NCBI GenBank assembly: GCA_048938445.1 | Contig: JBHLME010000112.1 | Span: 1 to 14,843, forward strand | DNA: 14,843 nucleotides | Direction of reading: 5' to 3' | From: Promethearchaeota archaeon | GTDB lineage: Archaea > Asgardarchaeota > Lokiarchaeia > Sigyniarchaeales > SOKP01 | In this document: in pieces, positions 8,406 to 14,843 of the stretch | Position numbering within the stretch: position 1 is the stretch's first letter | How the letters are laid out: each line of letters opens with the position of its first letter | Notes under the pieces: generated by a model | The model's database searches: none | Told to the model about the DNA's origin: nothing | Seen by the model: the letters and a program-made list of their open reading frames with translations, nothing else | Program-made: the position numbers and the translations under genes

Positions 8406-8418
8406 AAACAAAAACTAA

Positions 8419-9642
8419 TCAATTAATTCTTAAAGTTAATAAAATCTCACCTTTTTTAAATCCTGCAACGGTAATGAGCTCTAGATCTCTTAATCCATTT
8501 TTTTTAATTGACTGTTCCAGATCAATCTCCTTTATATCGTTGAAATCAATTGTTGTCAGGATTGGTACCATTTCTGGATCAAGGTCATGACCTCGATCTA
8601 CTAGGGCATCAACAAGTTTTTGGCAAGGTTCATTACGACTTGTATGAATATCTTCGCGTACGACCTGCTCTCCACATTGAGTGCAATTAATTCTTCTTTT
8701 TTTTTCAATCGAATAAAATTTCATGGTCATTCCATTGAAAACTGTATAAGTTCTAATTGGTTCTCCTAAAGCATTATTTCCACGCAACCAATGAAGTATT
8801 TTAATGGTTTCATGTGATTGAATCGCAGATATAATAGCATTTATGGTAATAATTCCTGGATCATGCCTATCTATTATTTTTATTATATCTGCTTTGGAAA
8901 AGGGGGGTGGAAAATTATGTTTTTCTGATAAATCATTAGCTATTTTTTGTATGAACTCAATATCCTTGATTTTTGTTGGATCTGGATCTTTCTTGAATTT
9001 ATCCTGAAATGCCATATTTCCCTTAAAAACACAATGTACTCTCTTGCGTGGAATTCCAACTACCGTGCAAGCTGCCATATCATCATCTTCAACAGAAGGT
9101 AAAGGATTGCATTCAAAACATGCATTCTCATATGGAAAGATGGTATAAAAATGTCCATGATAACCTGAGACACCTCCATCTATCAAGGGCTTCTTAAAAC
9201 GCACGGCTTGGGCGTTTAAATTAAGTCTTGCATTCATCGAATCTAATCCACCAATGATTACATCTGCAGCATTATAGATTGCTGGATCAAGACGTTCTAA
9301 GGACGTGCTATACCCTTCAATGGTGATATTTGGATTGATCTTCCTTAACATTTTTGCAGCAGCAAGTGCTTTTGGTTGTCCCATTTTGGCATCAATAAAT
9401 AATATTTGACGATTTAGGTTTGAGTGTTCGATCACGTCTAAATCAACCAAATCGAGATGTCCAACACCCAACATCGCTAAATTTTTAGCTATTTCACACC
9501 CTAGACCGCCTACACCTGCAATTAACACTCTTGAATTTTTTACAATTGACTGAGACCATCCTTCAAGTCTAAACTGTCGATTGTATAATTCTCTCTCTTT
9601 TGCGGTTAAATCCTCACTAAAAAAATCAGAATCATTTTCCAA
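8419..9642 (-). CDS. Ubiquitin-like activating enzyme E1 (ThiF/MoeB adenylation domain, Uba3/Uba2-type catalytic Cys insert, probable C-terminal ubiquitin-fold domain)
   Basis: YNRQ.RL, GVGGLG nucleotide loop, D.D.IE.SNLNRQ, GLDS..AR, Zn pairs CFEC and CTQC, catalytic-like ACTVVGIPRKRVHC (Cys192), PGIITINAIISA. TTG start with GGTGA at 9648-9652. Confidence 0.95.
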   Translation of the reverse strand: MENDSDFFSEDLTAKERELYNRQFRLEGWSQSIVKNSRVLIAGVGGLGCEIAKNLAMLGVGHLDLVDLDVIEHSNLNRQILFIDAKMGQPKALAAAKMLRKINPNITIEGYSTSLERLDPAIYNAADVIIGGLDSMNARLNLNAQAVRFKKPLIDGGVSGYHGHFYTIFPYENACFECNPLPSVEDDDMAACTVVGIPRKRVHCVFKGNMAFQDKFKKDPDPTKIKDIEFIQKIANDLSEKHNFPPPFSKADIIKIIDRHDPGIITINAIISAIQSHETIKILHWLRGNNALGEPIRTYTVFNGMTMKFYSIEKKRRINCTQCGEQVVREDIHTSRNEPCQKLVDALVDRGHDLDPEMVPILTTIDFNDIKEIDLEQSIKKNGLRDLELITVAGFKKGEILLTLRIN

Positions 9643-9724
9643 TTATATCACCATTCATAATTATTATGTTAAAAAATAAAAAAACATTGAAAGTAAAAAT
9701 AACTTTCATTTTTAATTTATACCT

Positions 9725-10072
9725 TTAAAAAATTCCTGCGGTACTTGCAGGGATTAGAAGAACATCATCTCCATCAGCAACGCCATAATCGCTTAATGGA
9801 TTGCTTTCATCCATAGTAACACCACCATGTGATAAGTGAAAGTCATTAGGATTCAAACCAAAGATATTTCCAACAGTCTTCTTTACATCGCCTACCATAT
9901 TTCCATCATTAACGGTAAGTTTTTGTTTCTTTTCTCCAGGACCGATTGTAGACATGAAAAAAACAGAAATTTTTCTTCCTCCTGAGGGAATCTTGGATGC
10001 AGGAGTTTTTGAACTGATTGGTTCAGGCTCTTCTAATTCTTCTAGTTCTTCATCAAATTCTTCAAAACTCAT
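9725..10072 (-). CDS. Ubiquitin-like modifier A (beta-grasp), acidic N-terminal tail, C-terminus IPASTAG-IF (precursor form)
   Basis: Ubiquitin-like pattern V.D.K..V…F.L…G..MD…LSDYGV.DGD.V.L; immediately upstream of E1 on the same strand; AGGAG RBS at 10081-10085. Confidence 0.9.
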   Translation of the reverse strand: MSFEEFDEELEELEEPEPISSKTPASKIPSGGRKISVFFMSTIGPGEKKQKLTVNDGNMVGDVKKTVGNIFGLNPNDFHLSHGGVTMDESNPLSDYGVADGDDVLLIPASTAGIF

Positions 10073-10223
10073 GTAAATCTCTCCTTTTTTTTTTAATTTT
10101 CAATATACTTTTTTAATAAAATGACATCAAAATGATATTATAAAACCCTCTGGAAAGAAAGTGAAGTTTTTTCGGGAACTAATATTTTAAGTGATGATTA
10201 ATGAAATGTTTAAATACGGATCT

Positions 10224-10259
10224 TATATATAAAGGAGAAGCATATTAATATATATAAAG
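10224..10259. promoter_or_regulatory. Two copies of TATATATAAAG; candidate TATA boxes in the divergent modifier A/wHTH intergenic region
   Basis: Identical 11-mers at 10224-10234 and 10249-10259; they read CTTTATATATA on the minus strand, which fits an archaeal TATA box. Confidence 0.4.
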
Positions 10260-10332
10260 AATTTTAATTTGTCTTAGAGAGATAATAGAAAAGAAATAAC
10301 TGAAGAAATTAACTTAATAAAAGTATATTTAA

Positions 10333-11007
10333 ATGGATTCTACGAATAATATAGATTCTGTCGTGTTAGACTTAATAAAGGAATATTTATCCAAAAAAAC
10401 GTTCTTTTCAATAAAAGATCTTATTGATTATATAAATAATAGGGTAAAGATGAATCCCTACATAAATAGAAACAGAATCGAACTTGTCATTAAATCCTTA
10501 ATTAAAAAGAAAGAAATCATTCCAGGTACCAAGTTAATGAAAAATAATATAATAGACAATCAAACTAGAAAAAAAATATTTAATTATATAAAAAAAAATC
10601 CTGCAATAAACATCAATGAAATAATGAAACATCAAGAAATTGGAAGTAATCAAGCATTATGGCACTTATCAGCATTGGAGAAATTTCAATTTATCCGGTC
10701 AAAGAAGATTGGAAACCGTAGGATTTTTTTTATAATTGGCTCAAATCCGGAATTTGATGACATATATTATTACTTAAAGATGGAAATTGTCAATGAAATA
10801 ATTAAATTCATGGACAAAAATAAAAAAGCTCTAAAAATAACTGATATTGCTGATGGTTTAAAAAAAAACCACAATGTTATTAAAAAGTACCTAAATATTT
10901 TGGATGAACTCAATTTATTAGAAATAGAAAAAGAAAAATCTAGAGATACCTATAAAATAGATCAAGAAAGATATTCAGAAGTGATTAAACTTGTCAGTAA
11001 AAAATAA
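10333..11007 (+). CDS. Tandem winged helix-turn-helix transcriptional regulator
   Basis: N.TRKKIFNYIKKNP.I.INEI…WHLS.LEKF.FI.S.KIGN and a second HTH, LKITDIADGLKKNHNVIKKYL..L.EL.LL; a third wHTH-like segment is possible at the N-terminus. Confidence 0.85.
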   Translation: MDSTNNIDSVVLDLIKEYLSKKTFFSIKDLIDYINNRVKMNPYINRNRIELVIKSLIKKKEIIPGTKLMKNNIIDNQTRKKIFNYIKKNPAININEIMKHQEIGSNQALWHLSALEKFQFIRSKKIGNRRIFFIIGSNPEFDDIYYYLKMEIVNEIIKFMDKNKKALKITDIADGLKKNHNVIKKYLNILDELNLLEIEKEKSRDTYKIDQERYSEVIKLVSKK

Positions 11008-11063
11008 ACATGAACACTTCAAGTTTATGCCAATGGAATTTAAATTATTAATTAAACATATGT

Positions 11064-11900
11064 ATGTTGATAAAAAAATTGTTTAAAATTATGGAAAAAA
11101 AGTATAAAATTATAAGCGTTATAACAGTTTATGTTATATCAATCATCGTGTATGTTCTGTTTTTCTCACAGTTCATTCCTTACCTTAATTTGATTGTCAT
11201 AGGTAGTTTAACTGTGATCTCTACTGGTACTTTATATGCCATAATTCATGAATCAAACAACCAATATAAGAGAGAAAAGAAACTTAAAGTCTTAAAGCAA
11301 ACTAAATTAGAACTTGAAAAGTCAAGCGAATTTACAAAGAAATCTATTCAAGAATCGCCAGAGGTAATTGGAGAATATCTTGAAGCCTTTCCTTATATCG
11401 AAGACTATGTTGAATCTGATGTAACATATGAACAAGTTCCAATTATAAATGAGATCATCTTTTCAGACTTAAATCAAGAAGTATTGAAAAAGATTAATTT
11501 GTTAAATTTATCACAAATAGAAAAACTCCAATTTATTAGGGAACTTCTATATTATGAACCGGAAGAAAGAGATAATTTGATTGAAAACATGTTAGAAAAT
11601 CGAGACAAAATAGATGAGGATGTTATTTATTCAGTACCTTTAAAAACTCTTGAATTAGCAGATAAATTCAGGGTACATGTAATATCATTAGTAGAACCAG
11701 GAGAAAAGAAGAAAATAATAATTATTGAATCACTTGATATGATTATTGAAATAAAGAAAAAGGTTGGAGTTTTATTTGATTATAATCTAGAAGATTTTCA
11801 TCTAACTACGGGGGGTATAATGTTAGATGAAACTCTTCAAATAAAAGATTATTTTATCGAAGATGATGATGAGATTGTTCTAATTCCCATCCGTAAATAA
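11064..11900 (+). CDS. Membrane protein (2 N-terminal TM helices, helical middle) with a C-terminal ubiquitin-like domain paralogous to the two free modifiers but lacking the terminal Gly
   Basis: Hydrophobic IISVITVYVISIIVYVLFF and LIVIGSLTVISTGTLYAII; C-terminal PGEKK…IKKKVG.LF….EDFHL..GG..LDE…DY.I.D.D.I.LIPIRK. Start may be ATG 11091. Confidence 0.85.
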   Translation: MLIKKLFKIMEKKYKIISVITVYVISIIVYVLFFSQFIPYLNLIVIGSLTVISTGTLYAIIHESNNQYKREKKLKVLKQTKLELEKSSEFTKKSIQESPEVIGEYLEAFPYIEDYVESDVTYEQVPIINEIIFSDLNQEVLKKINLLNLSQIEKLQFIRELLYYEPEERDNLIENMLENRDKIDEDVIYSVPLKTLELADKFRVHVISLVEPGEKKKIIIIESLDMIIEIKKKVGVLFDYNLEDFHLTTGGIMLDETLQIKDYFIEDDDEIVLIPIRK

Positions 11901-11919
11901 ATTAAATGAATTAAGAGAT

Positions 11920-12261
11920 CTATCCTGCAATACTAGCAGGAATTAATAAAATATCATCACCATCTTTAACATTATATTCTATTAGAGGATTATTTTCATC
12001 CATTGTAATCCCACCGTGCGATAAATGAAAATCTAATGGATTCAATGCAAATAAATTACCAACTGTTTGCTTAATATCTTCAACTAGATTACCAGTATAA
12101 ACTACTAATTTATGCTTTTTTTCACCAGGTCCTATTGTTGACATGAAATAAAGTGCAATTTTTTTTCCTTCGTTGGTAGGAACTTTAGATTTTAATCCTT
12201 CTGATTCATCATGTTCCAGATCTTCATCAAGATCTTCATCAAATTCATCATCAAAATCCAC
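11920..12261 (-). CDS. Ubiquitin-like modifier B, acidic N-terminal tail, C-terminus IPASIAG-stop (mature form)
   Basis: 59 of 82 residues identical to modifier A over the folded domain (manual count). GTG start preceded by AGGATGTGA. Confidence 0.9.
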   Translation of the reverse strand: MDFDDEFDEDLDEDLEHDESEGLKSKVPTNEGKKIALYFMSTIGPGEKKHKLVVYTGNLVEDIKQTVGNLFALNPLDFHLSHGGITMDENNPLIEYNVKDGDDILLIPASIAG

Positions 12262-12457
12262 GTTTTATTCACATCCTTTAATTATAAGTTATTAGATTCA
12301 TGTGATTATTAGCTATAATATAAATAAGACTAAAAGTATATAAATAAATTCCATGCTTAAATTATTCTTCAATATTATGCCAAATGGTTTTTTTTAAGAT
12401 TAAAAAGATTTAATCTTTAGATGATAAAATTAATCAAATATTTTTGTGATATATTAA

Positions 12458-13657
12458 ATGATGAAGGATAAAATACCTCCTAAGTCTCAAATTCAAGAGA
12501 AGATTCCCAAAGAACAGTTAGAACAAATTCATGATAAGAAACTGTTAAAAAAAATCAAAGAAGAAAGAATGAAACTTAGTAAAGAAAAGGAAAATTGGGA
12601 AAAAGTTATAAAAAAAATGGAGGATTATCAAGGAAATATTAGGGATCTTGAAAAAAAAAGGAAAGAAAGAGAAATTGAAATTAGAGCACTTCTAGAGCAA
12701 CGTGATACTTTAAAAGATCAGTTATCAAGAACCCAAAAAAGTATAGAAGGCCAAAAGAAACGAATTGAAGATGAAAAGAGGCAATATATAAATACACTTC
12801 GTGAAAAAAATTATGAATTGGATCAGAAAAATACTGAATTAGAAAAATACAAACAAGAATTATTACGACTTAGAGAAGATATACAAAACGAAAAACAAAC
12901 TTTAGATATAGAAAAGGAAAAAGCTAAATCTCGTATTAAAGAAATTAAAACAAAAATTCCTGGGATGGAACGTAGGGAGGATTTGCTAAAGGATAATATT
13001 AGTACTTTAGAAAAAAAATTAAATGGATTAAAAAGGGATTATAGAGATCTTAAAAATGAAAAAGCTAACTTAATTAAAGATATAAATGACATGAAACAAA
13101 AAATTGCTGAAGAAGCATACAGGTTAAATGACCAAAAACGAAAGATCGAAGAACAAAAAAAAAGATTAAAATATAAAGACGACGATTTGGCACGAAAAGC
13201 ACATGATATCGAAAAGAAAAAGGATAAATTAGATAGAATAAAAGATAAGACTCAAAAAGACGTTCGAGACTTAGAAAAAGAGAAACAAAATTATCAATCT
13301 CAATTATCTAATTTAAAAAAAAAATTACCTCAATTAGAAGATAAAAAGTATGATTTAGAAAGCAAGAGAAGTATGCTAGAAGATGATATTAAAAGATTAA
13401 ATAATGAATACAAGGATTTAGATAATCAATTAAAAAAGATTGAAAATAAAACTAGAAATGAAGAGAAAGATTTAGAAAGAGAAAGAAGGCTAATTCAAGA
13501 TGAAAAAAATAAAATAAGGAAAGAAAGAGAAAAATTAGATAAAGATAGGCGAGCATTTGAAAAAGAAAAAAGAGAATTTCAAGAAATGGTTAGAAAAACA
13601 TTAAAATCTAAACAACCACCAAAGCAACAAATAAAATTTAAAACTCCTTCAAAATAG
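12458..13657 (+). CDS. Long coiled-coil protein of unknown function with an internal 123-aa repeat
   Basis: 399 aa, K/E/R/Q-rich heptads throughout, short Pro-containing head and tail, no ATPase motif or TM segment. Confidence 0.8.
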   Translation: MMKDKIPPKSQIQEKIPKEQLEQIHDKKLLKKIKEERMKLSKEKENWEKVIKKMEDYQGNIRDLEKKRKEREIEIRALLEQRDTLKDQLSRTQKSIEGQKKRIEDEKRQYINTLREKNYELDQKNTELEKYKQELLRLREDIQNEKQTLDIEKEKAKSRIKEIKTKIPGMERREDLLKDNISTLEKKLNGLKRDYRDLKNEKANLIKDINDMKQKIAEEAYRLNDQKRKIEEQKKRLKYKDDDLARKAHDIEKKKDKLDRIKDKTQKDVRDLEKEKQNYQSQLSNLKKKLPQLEDKKYDLESKRSMLEDDIKRLNNEYKDLDNQLKKIENKTRNEEKDLERERRLIQDEKNKIRKEREKLDKDRRAFEKEKREFQEMVRKTLKSKQPPKQQIKFKTPSK

Positions 13658-13666
13658 TAACTTCTT

Positions 13667-14722
13667 GTGAGCATTTCTAAAATTGATTTTATTAAAGGTA
13701 TTGAAGGAGATTATGTAGAGACAAAAAAAAACCATCTCTTTTTTGATATTAAAGGCGTTCATCATCCAAAAGATAGGAAAATTTGTTTTATACGATTTCA
13801 TCCCGATCCACTTGGCGATCGAGAAAAAAATGGAATAAAATATAAAAAAATATATGATTTGCGTGAAAGATATTCTTATTTGAAAAGAGAATATCCCGAA
13901 TATTTATTCTATTCCGAACAATTAGATTTGGAGTTACAAGGAGTAAAAAATGAAGATATTTTAAAAATTTATACTCCACGAGATTATTATGCGGAATTAC
14001 TTAAAAAATCCGACTTGTCCCGATTGGAAAAATGTTCTCTTGAATTATGTGAACTTTTTATTTCTGATGGAAATCTCCCAAAAGGATCTATTGGAATCAC
14101 CGGATCTCCAATGATTGGATTAAATAAAGAGATTTCGGATATAGATATAATGATCTATGGTACTGAAACGAGTTTAGATTTTCAAAAATCCCTTTCAGAA
14201 ATAATAAAGGATAGTAACAATTTTTGTAGGGAATATGCACTACAAGAATATCAAGTACATTATGATTGGAGAGTCGGAGGTTCAGATATACCTTTCGATA
14301 AATTTCTTCAATGTGAAAGGAGAAAACTCCACCAAGGTATGTATAAAGGTTTCGAATTTTTTATAAGATACTTAAAAAGTCCGAAAGACTGGCAAGGTGG
14401 GTATTATGATTATAAATATAAAAATCTTGGAAGGATTAAAATTAGAGCTAATATTTTGGACTCCACTGATTCCATATTTACACCTTGTTCGTATGAAATT
14501 GAAGTCTCTAAAATTTTAGAAAATGAGTCAAGTAAAAAAAATATTAAAAAGCAAGAAATCCTTAAAGTAAACTCGTTTAGAGGTAGATTTTGTGAACACG
14601 CTATAAAAGGAGAAGATGTAATAATTGAAGGAAAATTGGAGCGCGTTCTTTATAAAAATACTGAGAAATATTATCGTATTTTATTAAGCGATCAAGCTCG
14701 CGATAAAATGATACGTGCTTGA
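13667..14722 (+). CDS. Archaeal predicted nucleotidyltransferase (Pol-beta superfamily, COG1665-like)
   Basis: IGITGS..IGL….SDIDI.IYG catalytic signature; N-terminal EGD.VET…F.IKG..HP…F.R; C-terminal SFRGRFCE.A..GE.V..EGKLE. GTG start 9 nt after the coiled-coil stop. Confidence 0.8.
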   Translation: MSISKIDFIKGIEGDYVETKKNHLFFDIKGVHHPKDRKICFIRFHPDPLGDREKNGIKYKKIYDLRERYSYLKREYPEYLFYSEQLDLELQGVKNEDILKIYTPRDYYAELLKKSDLSRLEKCSLELCELFISDGNLPKGSIGITGSPMIGLNKEISDIDIMIYGTETSLDFQKSLSEIIKDSNNFCREYALQEYQVHYDWRVGGSDIPFDKFLQCERRKLHQGMYKGFEFFIRYLKSPKDWQGGYYDYKYKNLGRIKIRANILDSTDSIFTPCSYEIEVSKILENESSKKNIKKQEILKVNSFRGRFCEHAIKGEDVIIEGKLERVLYKNTEKYYRILLSDQARDKMIRA

Positions 14723-14724
14723 TA

Positions 14725-14732
14725 TTTTTTTT
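14725..14732 (+). terminator. Oligo-T tract, candidate terminator
   Basis: T8 beginning 3 nt after the TGA stop of the last gene. Confidence 0.35.
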
Positions 14733-14843
14733 AAAAAAATCTTTAATTAAACTTCATATGTTTACCAGATAAATTAAAATAGATATCGATAAAATTTATT
14801 AAATAATCTTAAAAAAAATAGAAAAAAATAAGAGTGAATCATA

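Noticed and set aside
9977-9982. Internal GG (KIPSGG) in modifier A as a processing site
   Set aside because: Not conserved in modifier B (KVPTNEG) and not preceded by a folded Ubl domain.
8419-10072. Reading E1 plus Ubl as a MoeB/MoaD or ThiF/ThiS sulfur relay for the nearby AOR
   Set aside because: The E1 has a Uba3-type catalytic Cys insert, the Ubl lacks GG, and E2, JAMM and RING genes follow; no rhodanese or MoaE is present.
12219-12250. Short GATCTTCATCAA tandem repeat
   Set aside because: Simply encodes the DEDL-DEDL acidic tail of modifier B; not a CRISPR or mobile repeat.
12458-12520. Recurrent K-[IV]-P tripeptide in the coiled-coil head, modifier tails and JAMM as a conjugation consensus
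   Set aside because: Three-residue motif in Lys/Ile-rich proteins; cannot be separated from chance without statistics.
12458-13657. SMC/Rad50 or ESCRT-III assignment for the coiled-coil protein
   Set aside because: No Walker motifs, hinge or CxxC hook; too long and uniform for Snf7/PspA.
13788-13979. 63-aa minus-strand ORF
   Set aside because: Antisense shadow within the nucleotidyltransferase gene.
5897-14722. Reading the locus as a CBASS or Bil-type antiphage system
   Set aside because: E1, E2 and JAMM are stand-alone eukaryote-like proteins with a RING partner. There is no E1-E2 fusion, CD-NTase-like protein or effector. A defence role cannot be excluded, but nothing here supports it.

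Overview
AT-rich, gene-dense archaeal window. Gene content (SCP2, LRR, tandem wHTH, MptA, eukaryote-like ubiquitin enzymes, GGTGA-type ribosome-binding sites) points to an Asgard archaeon, probably Lokiarchaeia; this is an inference, not a database result. The left end holds metabolic genes: a truncated aldehyde:ferredoxin oxidoreductase, GTP cyclohydrolase MptA, a GNAT-fold protein, an SCP2 protein and DUF2284. The core (4622-12261) is an apparently complete ubiquitin-like conjugation locus. On the minus strand it has two ubiquitin-fold paralogues with acidic N-terminal tails and single-Gly (…AG) C-termini, a Uba3/Uba2-like E1, a UBC E2 with two insertions, an Rpn11/CSN5-type JAMM protease and a 6-TM membrane protein with a C-terminal variant RING finger. 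On the plus strand it has an LRR protein, a wHTH regulator and a membrane-anchored, non-conjugatable third copy of the same ubiquitin-like domain. By manual alignment the modifier matches UFM1 in register and in its C-terminal IP-x4-G(+2) pattern, while the enzymes look like the NEDD8/SUMO/ubiquitin type. A long segmented coiled-coil protein and a COG1665-like nucleotidyltransferase close the window. Two genes seem to need non-canonical ATT/ATA starts. No RNA genes, CRISPR arrays or mobile elements were recognised.
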